Shown here: positions 1 through 11,171 of the stretch, one piece after another
Numbering within the stretch: the stretch's first letter is position 1
How the letters are laid out: each line of letters starts with the position of its first letter
From: Nemertoderma westbladi
Taxonomy: Eukaryota; Animalia; Xenacoelomorpha
Direction: 5' to 3'
DNA: 36,452 nt
NCBI GenBank assembly: GCA_032718475.1
Contig: JAUCBJ010001946.1
Span: forward strand, 1-36,452
Translations under genes and position numbers: made by a program
The notes under the pieces: generated by a model
The model's input: the letters and a program-made list of their open reading frames with translations, nothing else
Told to the model about the DNA's origin: nothing
The model's database searches: none

Positions 1-269
1 AAACACCATTCTAATATAACCATAGACTTTATTATTACAAAAGCAGTTTTTATGTATAAAGCAACGGTAATTACTAAGTCTACATTACTAAGTGTAATGT
101 AGTACATACAATACAGCAATGTAGTGTGTTACGCTAAGTAGGCTTCCTAGCCTACCGGTACTACACAGCAGTTCAGTATGTTGTTACAATACCTAGCCTA
201 ATGCATTACAGCAGTATAGTCCAGTACAACATTTTAAATTTCCCTCTATAGTTTATAGTAATCTCCACA
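1..269 (-). repeat. 3' LTR (partial)
   Basis: Matches 4320-4588; begins TGTGGAG on the minus strand immediately after the PPT. Confidence 0.93.
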
Positions 270-3200
270 TACTCCCCTCCCAAATAAAAGGCATGTACCG
301 TCCAAGTTTTGAAATGTTTATAGATTGTCCCTTTGCGGGTAGTAGATGGAGACGACATCCCAACCACTACTGGTGATATGTCCTGGATTTGGTCCTGGGT
401 GTTATTCAAATCTGAATCCACCTCTCCAAGAAGGTCATTTTGAAAGTTATGAATTTCCTCTGACCTATCTTCCACAATAGACATTTCTTCTTGGTCAAAT
501 TCATTTCCAGAAATGCTGTTAGACCCACCCAAGATATTACTTTCAGTTTCCTCTCCTATTGGATTATATTGTTGTTGGGGTCCCCTCGATAGTTTACGTA
601 CATTCACTGTATCAGACCAACCATCCCCATCATTAACACGCACAACGTAGTCAGATAGAATCTCCGTAATAAATACTTTAGCCACCTGCTGTAGCTTCCC
701 CTTCTTGCAATAAACCATCGATCCCACTTGAATCCAGTTTGGTAGGTTACAGGCATTGAGCTTAACGTCTGTTGGTGCTGGGTTTGGAGCAATTGTGGAT
801 AATCGACTAAAACCCATAAATATCTCATGTGGTGATGTCCCTGTGACACGGTTCTTCAGAGTACGTATATTGCCTAAAGCATTATCTAGTTCTGACTCCC
901 ACTGCATAATAGTCTTTCCAGCTTCTCTTAATCTCAACTTAATAGCTGACCAAATGATGCCATTATACCTCTCGCATTGGCCATTACCGGCTGGGTTATA
1001 TGAAGTTGTTCTTGACTTTCTTGTATTCCATGAGCTTAAGAAATTACGAAATTTATCTGAAATCAGCTGTCTTCCTCTGTCCGAATGTATAGATCTACAT
1101 GGCCCAAACAAGTTGAACAATATGGTTAAGCACCTTTCCATAGTTACCATTGTCATGTCTGGAACAGCAAAAGCAAAGGGAAACCTGGAGTATTCATCTA
1201 CACAAACAAATAAATATTTATTTCGTGTTGCTGATGGTAAGGGACCCTTGAAGTCAATAGAGACTCTTTCCCATGGTGATGTAGACTGAATCACATTTCC
1301 TGGTGTTATTTGGGCAAAGTGAGGTTTTAACTCGCAACACAGCTCACACTCTCGACAGACATCCACACAATCTTGTTTCAGACCATCCCAACAGTGGTAT
1401 CTTTTAATAAAATCATATAAGCGATCAACTCCAGGATGACCTAGTCCTTTATGAACCTCTCTCACTAAAGTCATATTATTATACTGCCCATTAGAATTTA
1501 AAAGATTCCCATTAAAAGCAGTACATCGACTTAATGCATCAGCAATGACATTTTGCTTTCCAGGGCGATATTGAATATCAAAGTTAAACTCTGCAAGTTC
1601 TAAACGCCAGCGACACAGTTTATTATTCTTAATTTTGCTTTTGGGGCGTTCATCCATTAAATATGCTACACCTTCTTGGTCCGTGATTACTTCAAATTTC
1701 CTTCCTACCAGGAAATGACGCAGTTTATCAATACAGTAATGCACTGCAAAAGCCTCTAGCTCAGGCGTGGACCAGTTTTTCTCAACAGCAGTCAACTTGT
1801 GTGAAATGAAAGCCACAGGTTGACCATTTTGGGACAAGACACCACCTACAGCCAAACTCGAAGCATCTGTCTCTAGTACTAGGATATCTGTTGTATTGGG
1901 AATCAATAGCATCGCATCTTTCAGTTTGGATTTGAGTTCAACAATGGCTCGGACACCAGCTTCATTTAATGGAAACTTTGGTGAATTGCAAGTATCAAAT
2001 AGAGGAATTGCAACAGTTGCAAAGTTTTCTATCCACTTGGAATAATAGACAAACATGCCCAGTAATGTTTCTAGTTCCTTCTTCGTTTGGGGAACTGCCA
2101 TTTCCATTAGTCCAGCAAATCGATCAGGGTCAGGACTGATTCTTCCATTTTTAAAGATATGTCCAAGAAATCGCAGTTCGTTTTGTCGGATCAGACATTT
2201 CTCTTTCTTAAATCTGATACACTTCTCTCGAGCACGAGTTAGAAATTCAATCACACGAGAATCATGTTCTTCCTTTGTTTTCCCCCATACCGCCACATCA
2301 TCTAACAATCCCGCACATCCCTCAATTCCCTCTATAACCGTCATAATTTCTCTTTGGAAAACAGCACTTCCATTTGTTACACCAAAAGGTAAACGAGTGT
2401 ATTGATATAGGCGTCCATTTGCTTCAAAGGCTGTATAAGGCCGTTCATTCTCTACAATGGGTAGCTGATGATAGGCTGAGCGAAGATCAAACCGTGAATA
2501 GAATATACCCTCTCCGATTTTATCCAATAGATCTGGAATGAGTGGTAGTGGGAAAGCATCAACTTCTGTAAACCGGTTTATAGTAGAGGCATAATCAATA
2601 CAAACTCGAATCTTATCTCTCTCAGGAACCAACACACACTGAGATCTCCACGGGCTTGTTGATGGTTCAATGACACCTACATTTAAGAGTTTCTTAACTT
2701 CTAATTCAATTATGTGCTGGTCATCTTTGGATCTATAGCGCGATGGCATTCTTACTGGTTTTGTTTTTGGATCCATTCGTATAACGGAGACTGGTGGAAT
2801 ATTTAAACCAACAATTTTGTCATCAAACAAATCTTTAAATATTTCAAAGAGATCATCGTCAATATGCTTCTCAGAAGCAGAAATGCTAGACTTAGCAAAT
2901 CCAGATACTGTTAAATTTCCAAGACTTCCTCCAAACTGTATATGTAGTTCATTAAACTGGTCCAATGCAGAGACACCCATAATTGCTGGATCACATAAAT
3001 TCTTGGCAATAAACAGATTAACCGGAACATAGCGACCATCTATTTCCAAAATCTCTATAGTTTCTCCAACCAAGGTTAATGGCTTATCTCCAATATTTTT
3101 ACAAAGTTCCGAATTCTTCAACCGTTTAAATGAAAGCCCCACTGATTGAGCTGTAGCTTCACTGACTACAGTAATGTCAGACCCTGGATCAACTAACCAC

Positions 3201-4258
3201 TGAATGAGCGAGTTATTTAATTTTGACTGTATATATTTGCGATTACTAGAATATTTTTTGTTATCTTTCTCTTCTAGAGTTGCAACACAATAATTCCCCA
3301 GAGTTGCGACATTATAACTCGCTGATTTACCCATTGCAGATCCAGTTTCGGATGTACCCTTCCTTGTTTTACATTCTCTTGCAAAATGCCCAATTTTCCC
3401 ACATTTGTAACATTTTTGGTTTTGAGCTCTGCAATCACCCTTATCATGCCAAGTGGTTATTCCACAAAAGAAACACTTCCAATTCTTATCCGTTCCTGAC
3501 CGGGGATTATTATAGCGGGTGCCCGAACTACACATATTCCTTTCTTCAACTTTGATTTCTGATAATGCAGATTGCATTGTCTCTACTAGAGGAGCAGCAG
3601 CCAATTTTCTCGAATACATAGTGTCTGTGCTATGGGAATCAGTGACTGCCTTTAAAGAAGACAATTCAACTTCAGCTGCTGAAAATGCATCTTCAAAACC
3701 GAAGCTCTTGGAAGACTTTTCCGCCATTTTAAAAGCGCGAAATACTGCAAGTTTCATGTCATCTAGAAACAATCCCGTACAAAATGCATCTCTCAGAGCT
3801 TCATTCTCGAAACTCACTGGAAACTGACAAAATGAAATAATCTGTCGCAACTTTGACACAAAATCATCCAAGCTTTCTTTATCTACTTGTTTTGTTGAGT
3901 ATAATTTTACCCGTTCACTCAAGGAATTTCGTTCTGCTATAAACTTCTTTGTAAGAAACTCTGCCACTCTTTGAAATTCCGTTTGTCCATCTGCTAGGAC
4001 AGCCCACTGGCTTACTTCATCATAATACTTTGCTGCCTTTGTTCCAGCATATAACAACAAATAATCAACTTTATCATCTTCTGCAACTTTGGATACCCGA
4101 AGATATCGCTTAAATTGGCTTAACCATATTTGGAAATCATCCACCCCTGGATTGAATATCGGAACTACCTGTTGTTTCAATCCACGAGGCCGATCCCCTC
4201 TGAATTCATTATTTCCACCATTACCTAGGGCGGGATCGTTACTCGCTGAATCTGCCAT
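206..4258 (-). CDS. Gag-Pol polyprotein (1350 aa)
   Basis: Two zinc knuckles (CFFCGITTWHDKGDC, CYKCGKIGHFAREC); protease LVDPGS; RT motifs DLRSAYHQ, LPFG and LLDD; RNase H LETDAS...ELEA...TD; integrase HKGLGH...CELC with D,D,E core (SIDFKGP, HSDRG, CERYN). Confidence 0.95.
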   Translation of the reverse strand: MADSASNDPALGNGGNNEFRGDRPRGLKQQVVPIFNPGVDDFQIWLSQFKRYLRVSKVAEDDKVDYLLLYAGTKAAKYYDEVSQWAVLADGQTEFQRVAEFLTKKFIAERNSLSERVKLYSTKQVDKESLDDFVSKLRQIISFCQFPVSFENEALRDAFCTGLFLDDMKLAVFRAFKMAEKSSKSFGFEDAFSAAEVELSSLKAVTDSHSTDTMYSRKLAAAPLVETMQSALSEIKVEERNMCSSGTRYNNPRSGTDKNWKCFFCGITTWHDKGDCRAQNQKCYKCGKIGHFARECKTRKGTSETGSAMGKSASYNVATLGNYCVATLEEKDNKKYSSNRKYIQSKLNNSLIQWLVDPGSDITVVSEATAQSVGLSFKRLKNSELCKNIGDKPLTLVGETIEILEIDGRYVPVNLFIAKNLCDPAIMGVSALDQFNELHIQFGGSLGNLTVSGFAKSSISASEKHIDDDLFEIFKDLFDDKIVGLNIPPVSVIRMDPKTKPVRMPSRYRSKDDQHIIELEVKKLLNVGVIEPSTSPWRSQCVLVPERDKIRVCIDYASTINRFTEVDAFPLPLIPDLLDKIGEGIFYSRFDLRSAYHQLPIVENERPYTAFEANGRLYQYTRLPFGVTNGSAVFQREIMTVIEGIEGCAGLLDDVAVWGKTKEEHDSRVIEFLTRAREKCIRFKKEKCLIRQNELRFLGHIFKNGRISPDPDRFAGLMEMAVPQTKKELETLLGMFVYYSKWIENFATVAIPLFDTCNSPKFPLNEAGVRAIVELKSKLKDAMLLIPNTTDILVLETDASSLAVGGVLSQNGQPVAFISHKLTAVEKNWSTPELEAFAVHYCIDKLRHFLVGRKFEVITDQEGVAYLMDERPKSKIKNNKLCRWRLELAEFNFDIQYRPGKQNVIADALSRCTAFNGNLLNSNGQYNNMTLVREVHKGLGHPGVDRLYDFIKRYHCWDGLKQDCVDVCRECELCCELKPHFAQITPGNVIQSTSPWERVSIDFKGPLPSATRNKYLFVCVDEYSRFPFAFAVPDMTMVTMERCLTILFNLFGPCRSIHSDRGRQLISDKFRNFLSSWNTRKSRTTSYNPAGNGQCERYNGIIWSAIKLRLREAGKTIMQWESELDNALGNIRTLKNRVTGTSPHEIFMGFSRLSTIAPNPAPTDVKLNACNLPNWIQVGSMVYCKKGKLQQVAKVFITEILSDYVVRVNDGDGWSDTVNVRKLSRGPQQQYNPIGEETESNILGGSNSISGNEFDQEEMSIVEDRSEEIHNFQNDLLGEVDSDLNNTQDQIQDISPVVVGMSSPSTTRKGTIYKHFKTWTVHAFYLGGEYVEITINYRGKFKMLYWTILL
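270..281 (-). other. Polypurine tract (plus-strand primer)
   Basis: Minus strand reads GGGAGGGGAGTA directly before the TG of the 3' LTR. Confidence 0.85.
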
Positions 4259-4588
4259 GTTGCAGTGCTCTTCTTAGATTATTATACATAAAAACTTTGT
4301 CGTAGCTTTAATAATGAATAAACACCATTCTAATATAACCATAGACTTTATTATTACAAAAGCAGTTTTTATGTATAAAGCAACAGTAATTACTAAGTCT
4401 ACATTACTAAGTGTAATGTAGTACATACAATACAGCAATGTAGTGTGTTACGCTAAGTAGGCTTCCTAGCCTACCGGTACTACACAGCAGTTCAGTATGT
4501 TGTTACAATACCTAGCCTAATGCATTACAGCAGTATAGTCCAGTACAACATTTTAAATTTCCCTCTATAGTTTATAGTAATCTCCACA
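4258..4588 (-). repeat. 5' LTR (~331 bp, TGT...ACA)
   Basis: Outer end is fixed by identity with 1-269. Inner end is inferred from ...GCAACA followed directly by a PBS-like TGG (TGGCAG, 4257 downward); it cannot be confirmed because the matching part of the other LTR is outside the window. Confidence 0.8.
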
Positions 4589-6359
4589 TATACCAATTAA
4601 AATTATAAAATTAATAGCAACAGATATCCTGGGTACCACTGACATATATAATTAATCAAAGCTTGACCACATCGATATTTCCAGATAAACTTAAATTAGT
4701 TAGTGTAACTCCAGTATACAAAAATGGTGATATTGATGATCCAATAAACTACAGACAGGTAGCAGTAACATCTCCTTTAGCTAAGGTTTTCGAAAGAATA
4801 ATTTTTAACCAAATATATACACACATAAATATACACAATTTATTATACTCTAAGCAGTTTGGATTTAGAAAGGGGTATTCAACAGGGGATGCGATAACAT
4901 ATATAACAGAATCATGGCGGGAAAATTTAAACAAAGGAGAATATGTAGCAGTAGCATTTTTGGACCTAAGTAAGGCGTTTAACTCTATAAATAGAAACTT
5001 ACTCGTACATAAACTTACTAACATGGGTTTTCACAATACGGCAGTTGATCTCATAAGAAATGACCTAACTAATAGGCAGCAAAGGGTTATATTGGGTAGC
5101 ACAAATTCTTCATGGCTGACAGAAACGAAAGGGGTACCACAGGGGACAATACTTGGGCCTTTACTATTCACAATGTACACAAATGACATTCCTGATATCC
5201 ATTCGAACAATACAAATATAATACAATATGCAGATGACACTGTGATATATACAGCACATGTAACTCCTCAAACTGCGGCAAATGTTCTAGAAACTGAAAT
5301 TCTAAAACTAAATAAAACCTTTGAAGAACACCACCTCAAACTAAATCCATCAAAAACTGAATTTTTACTACTCTCACCTAAGGAAAATAAATCAGAATCT
5401 GTTTTAACATTAAATATAGGGGGAACAAAACCAATATCTCAATCTCAATCAGTTAAATATTTAGGAGTACAAATAGACAAAAAACTACAATGGAAAGAAT
5501 ATATGGAACATATCTTACAAAAGATGACTGTAAGTATTTCATGTTTGCGTAATATTAAGGGGCAATTAACAAATAGGACAAAGATACATATATATAAGGC
5601 TCTTACAATTCCATATCACAATTACTGTTGTCAGCTACTAATATCACTACATGATAAATATGGTTATAAAGAAGCACTATACAAGTTCGAAAAAGTTCAA
5701 AACTATGCATTACGGACAATATTTGGCAAAAAAATAAAAGATACGACTGGTACTGAACTCAGGGAAAGAGCAAGAATTCCATTGCTGGCTGCTTTACGGG
5801 AATACTTTGGTCTTATATATTTCTTCAAATACATATATAAATTATCGCGACCATTCAAAACACTGCACTTACCTTTTCAATCTAATAAAAATCTAATTAT
5901 AAACTCAAGAACAAAAAATATCAAGATTCCCAAAACTAAAAACAGATATGGACATGAAAGTTTAGTAGTAAATCTAATAAAAATCTGGAACAAATTGCCC
6001 AAAGATGCAAGGATCTGCACATCAATAAACGCATTTAAAAATAAAATAAAATTACTATATCTATATCAATATAAAAGAGATGATACATAAATATTCCGCG
6101 TCACTCCCTACCTTGTGCTTTGTTGTTTTATTAATTGTATTAGTGTAATTTGTAGTGTAATATTAGTTAAATATATGTCTTAATATTGGATAATTATTAT
6201 GTATGTACTAGAATATAATGTTACATAGTAGCATTGGCCCTGTGACGCTTACTCACTCAAATTATCAGTGTGTACTTTTGTGCGTACTGCCTCAATAGAG
6301 TTTTAGCTATATTGAGTTTTAACGAGATTAAAAGAAATAAAACTAAACTAAACTAAACT
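4589..6359 (+). mobile_element. 3' part of a CR1/L2-group LINE (Crack/Daphne/L2-like), interrupted by the Gypsy element
   Basis: RT ORF, 3' UTR with a stem-loop (CTCAATA 6291-6297 / TATTGAG 6310-6316) and an (AAACT)4 tail at 6340-6359. Confidence 0.88.
4590..6090 (+). pseudogene. LINE ORF2 reverse transcriptase domain (5' disrupted)
   Basis: Motifs NYRQVA, KQFGFRKG, FLDLSKAF, GVPQGTILGP, YADD and KYLGV. Homology extends upstream of the listed ORF (IPIKIIKLIATDIL / VPLTYIINQSLTT) across a +1 frameshift near 4631, right up to the LTR edge. Confidence 0.88.
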
Positions 6360-9010
6360 GTAGTGCTCCCGAACCCCCCACGGCTATAGTTCCTACCCTG
6401 TAGTGCTCCCGAACCCTCCACTGCTATAGTTCCTACCCTGTAGTGCTCCCGAACCCCCCACGGCTATAGTTCCTACCCTGTAGTGCTCCCGAACCCCCCA
6501 CGGCTATAGTTCCTACCCTGTACTGCTCCCGAACCCCCCACGGCTATAGTTCCTACCCTGTAATGCTCCCGAACCCCCCACGGCTATAGTTCCTACCCTG
6601 TAGTGCTCCCGAACCCCCCACGGCTATAGTTCCTACCCTGTAGTGCTCCCGAACCCCCCACGGCTATAGTTCCTACCCTGTAGTGCTCCCGAACCCCCCA
6701 CGGCTATAGTTCCTACCCTGTAGTGCTCCCGAACCCCCCACGGCTATAGTTCCTACCCTGTAGTGCTCCCGAACCCCCCACGGCTATAGTTCCTACCCTG
6801 TAGTGCTCCCGAACCCCCCACGGCTATAGTTCCTACCCTGTAGTGCTCCCGAACCCCCCACGGCTATAGTTCCTACCCTGTAGTGCTCCCGAACCCCCCA
6901 CGGCTATAGTTCCTACCCTGTAGTGCTCCCGAACCCCCCACGGCTATAGTTCCTACCCTGTAGTGCTCCCGAACCCCCCACGGCTATAGTTCCTACCCTG
7001 TAGTGCTCCCGAACCCCCCACGGCTATAGTTCCTACCCTGTAGTGCTCCCGAACCCCCCACGGCTATAGTTCCTACCCTGTAGTGCTCCCGAACCCCCCA
7101 CGGCTATAGTTCCTACCCTGTAGTGCTCCCGAACCCCCCACGGCTATAGTTCCTACCCTGTAGTGCTCCCGAACCCCCCACGGCTATAGTTCCTACCCTG
7201 TAGTGCTCCCGAACCCCCCACGGCTATAGTTCCTACCCTGTAGTGCTCCCGAACCCCCCACGGCTATAGTTCCTACCCTGTAGTGCTCCCGAACCCCCCA
7301 CGGCTATAGTTCCTACCCTGTAGTGCTCCCGAACCCCCCACGGCTATAGTTCCTACCCTGTAGTGCTCCCGAACCCCCCACGGCTATAGTTCCTACCCTG
7401 TAGTGCTCCCGAACCCCCCACGGCTATAGTTCCTACCCTGTAGTGCTCCCGAACCCCCCACGGCTATAGTTCCTACCCTGTAGTGCTCCCGAACCCCCCA
7501 CGGCTATAGTTCCTACCCTGTAGTGCTCCCGAACCCCCCACGGCTATAGTTCCTACCCTGTAGTGCTCCCGAACCCCCCACGGCTATAGTTCCTACCCTG
7601 TAGTGCTCCCGAACCCCCCACGGCTATAGTTCCTACCCTGTAGTGCTCCCGAACCCCCCACGGCTATAGTTCCTACCCTGTAGTGCTCCCGAACCCCCCA
7701 CGGCTATAGTTCCTACCCTGTAGTGCTCCCGAACCCCCCACGGCTATAGTTCCTACCCTGTAGTGCTCCCGAACCCCCCACGGCTATAGTTCCTACCCTG
7801 TAGTGCTCCCGAACCCCCCACGGCTATAGTTCCTACCCTGTAGTGCTCCCGAACCCCCCACGGCTATAGTTCCTACCCTGTAGTGCTCCCGAACCCCCCA
7901 CGGCTATAGTTCCTACCCTGTAGTGCTCCCGAACCCCCCACGGCTATAGTTCCTACCCTGTAGTGCTCCCGAACCCCCCACGGCTATAGTTCCTACCCTG
8001 TAGTGCTCCCGAACCCCCCACGGCTATAGTTCCTACCCTGTAGTGCTCCCGAACCCCCCACGGCTATAGTTCCTACCCTGTAGTGCTCCCGAACCCCCCA
8101 CGGCTATAGTTCCTACCCTGTAGTGCTCCCGAACCCCCCACGGCTATAGTTCCTACCCTGTAGTGCTCCCGAACCCCCCACGGCTATAGTTCCTACCCTG
8201 TAGTGCTCCCGAACCCCCCACGGCTATAGTTCCTACCCTGTAGTGCTCCCGAACCCCCCACGGCTATAGTTCCTACCCTGTAGTGCTCCCGAACCCCCCA
8301 CGGCTATAGTTCCTACCCTGTAGTGCTCCCGAACCCCCCACGGCTATAGTTCCTACCCTGTAGTGCTCCCGAACCCCCCACGGCTATAGTTCCTACCCTG
8401 TAGTGCTCCCGAACCCCCCACGGCTATAGTTCCTACCCTGTAGTGCTCCCGAACCCCCCACGGCTATAGTTCCTACCCTGTAGTGCTCCCGAACCCCCCA
8501 CGGCTATAGTTCCTACCCTGTAGTGCTCCCGAACCCCCCACGGCTATAGTTCCTACCCTGTAGTGCTCCCGAACCCCCCACGGCTATAGTTCCTACCCTG
8601 TAGTGCTCCCGAACCCCCCACGGCTATAGTTCCTACCCTGTAGTGCTCCCGAACCCCCCACGGCTATAGTTCCTACCATGTAGTGCTCCCGAACCCCCCA
8701 CGGCTATAGTTCCTACCCTGTAGTGCTCCCGAACCCCCCACGGCTATAGTTCCTACCCTGTAGTGCTCCCGAACCCCCCACGGCTATAGTTCCTACCCTG
8801 TAGTGCTCCCGAACCCCCCACGGCTATAGTTCCTACCCTGTAGTGCTCCCGAACCCCCCACTGCTATAGTTCCTACCCTGTAGTGCTCCCGAACCCCCCA
8901 CGGCTATAGTCCCTACCCTGTAGTGCTCCCGAACCCCCCACGGCTATAGTCCCTACCCTGTAGTGCTCCCGAACCCCCCACGACTATAGTTCCTACCCTG
9001 TAGTGCTCCC
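6358..9010. repeat. 40-bp minisatellite, 66 full units (TAGTGCTCCCGAACCCCCCACGGCTATAGTTCCTACCCTG)
   Basis: Head-to-tail units with no spacers; 6361-9000 is 66 x 40 bp, with variants clustered near both ends. Confidence 0.98.
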
Positions 9011-9731
9011 AACATGGCCCGGAGTACTTCCCTGGACTTTCTTGCAGGGTATTGGGTTGAACAAAGGTCTTCTACTATTCGCAATTAACATTGGGACGCA
9101 TATATCGCATATTTCTCCAAAGAATTCTATAATCACCTTCAATATTTTTAATATTTTTAGGGATAATATTATAATTATCACAATGTCCACAGCGGGTTTT
9201 TGTATCCTGTATATGGTAACTTATTAAGATCACGGGCCGTTTGATTATAACGCTCAGCATGGTTTCCCGCCCAGAAGCATGTTTTGTATCAGCAGGTCTC
9301 ACTCACTATATGGCTTGGTCGCAAAATGATGTGCGATGGATGGGACAAGGGAATGCAACGGATGCCCAAATATGATCTGGGTTGTTTGGGGGAGGGGGAG
9401 GATTGGGTGAGGGGGCATTGTATACTAAGAAGCAAATACCGGGGGATTCGGTTGAAAATTCGATTAAATTGGCTGCTAGACCTAGAATGATTGATCGTAA
9501 TATAAATATAATATCTCTGAAGGAGGTAAATTCATTGTCAATAATTTCCATAATTGACATTTTGTTTAAATCTTCTACATTACAATCATACGTATGCAAT
9601 GGCTCAGAGAGTCAGAGAGTAATGAATGCCTTGGATGGGAAGCCATGTATGTAATGCCATGACTCAGAGAACCTTATTCTACGAATACCATGCTCAGAGA
9701 GACACATGCTTAGAATGTTATCAGCGTTCTG

Positions 9732-10303
9732 ATGTATTTTGTAACATTATGTCAACTTATCAGTGTTCTGACGAATTACTCGTAACACTGCAAGGTACCA
9801 CTTTGCAGCGTTGCTGCCTATAGGACGGAACGCTGCAAAGTAATCAATAACATAGAAACAACTTAAATTACCCTATTCCAGAATGAATTATTTCCATTTA
9901 TATTAATGAGAGATGCTTTATTATCCAGTTTGCAGTGACGGGTCTAAATATTATTGTATGTAAATAACAATTGTTTAAAGTGAACAGTATTCCATCATGT
10001 CAAAACGTCCAACAGAAGCCATTTAAGAGGGAAGCGTGCCTTCCATCAGTAAAACAAGGTACGATAATGAACCGAATATAAATGCCCAAACGATAATGAT
10101 AATAATTCCTTTTCTTCACATACCGAACGCTGATAAGCTGACATAATGTAACAAAATTACATACATCATTGTGTGCAAAGGTCACTTTTCAACGTTAAAC
10201 ACCCATTGTTTATTTATGTAGACCTCCTTCGCTGCGCTCGCTCGGTACATAAATAAACTCGGGTCATAACGCTGCAAAGTGCTACTTTGCACACAATGAT
10301 GTA
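9732..10303. mobile_element. Palindromic non-coding MITE-like module (second copy at 12625-13196)
   Basis: Imperfect inverted repeat 9732-9768 / 10125-10162. Perfect inverted repeats: 13 bp at 9800-9812 / 9829-9841, 19 bp at 10162-10180 / 10285-10303, 13 bp at 10208-10220 / 10246-10258. Confidence 0.55.
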
Positions 10304-10437
10304 AATAGTTATTGTATTTTAATGCAAGATTATTAAGACATGGAAATATTATTCAAACATTACTGTTTTGTTTTAGCTGATTTGTGTTAAAAACAATTCA
10401 TTACAAAAAATATTAAAACTAGTGATTTTAAAGCTGG

Positions 10438-10521
10438 TGATTTCTATGGTAAAAATTTGATGGGGGTGTCGACAGGGCGTGATTTCTATGGTAAAAATTT
10501 GATGGTGGTGTCGACAGGGCG
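10438..10521 (+). repeat. 42-bp tandem duplication (also in the second copy, near 13331-13414)
   Basis: TGATTTCTATGGTAAAAATTTGATGG(G/T)GGTGTCGACAGGGCG occurs twice with one mismatch. Confidence 0.9.
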
Positions 10522-11171
10522 AAGTAGTACAATCAGAATCATAAAATAATTTAAAAAATAATTTAAATAAATGTTGTAGACAAAATATTGTTCTAGAACA
10601 AAATTAATTTTTAATTATAATATCTATAATGAGGCACAGTTTCAAATAAACACTGACAAAAACTAGAATTAAAAATATTTTTCTAGTTCAAAGTAATGTT
10701 CCAGAACAAAATTTATTTTAAATAAAATAGCTAACATGTAAAATTACACCATCGCCCTAAAAAACAACAACAGTTTTTATCAGGTCGGAGTACCCCCCCC
10801 CCCCCCCCCCCCCCCTAATTTTTGTCAAATTTTAATCAAATGACGAAATTTGGTATGATGATAGTTCGACAACTTTTCTTACTACTGCAGAGCCGGACTT
10901 TTATACTTTCAAATTATTAAGCTACAGCAAGCCGTTAAAAAGTGCCAATGTAGCAATATTTAAACATCACTAAATATTGGCTTTATTTTTCATCTTTTGA
11001 ATGTAATCTACATATTAACTGCCTTCACCTGCAGATTCCCAATCTGAAAACCGTTTTAAATTTCACCAAAAATTGCCAAAGATATTATCAAAATACTTAG
11101 GTGTACATTTTTAGATAAATAGATTTACCTCCCTCCTCTTTAATGGGTGAGCTGGGTGCTCTTCAGTGGGG

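Larger units (their letters stand above)
1..4588 (-). mobile_element. Ty3/Gypsy LTR retrotransposon (Mag/SURL-like organisation), apparently intact; 3' LTR cut by the window start
   Basis: Direct repeats 1-269 and 4320-4588 differ at one position by eye (66 g vs 4385 a). The LTR starts TGT on the minus strand, a polypurine tract abuts the 3' LTR, and a single gag-pol ORF has the Gypsy domain order PR-RT-RH-IN. Confidence 0.96.
9011..11152 (+). repeat. Copy 1 of the non-array part of a recent tandem duplication
   Basis: Near-identical to 11904-14043; differences seen are two substitutions and a C23 vs C21 run. The same short ORFs recur at a 2893-bp offset. Confidence 0.96.

Noticed and set aside
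6361-9000. Repeat array as a coding region
   Set aside because: The 40-bp period is not a multiple of three, TAG stops recur on both strands, and the ORF track shows nothing there.
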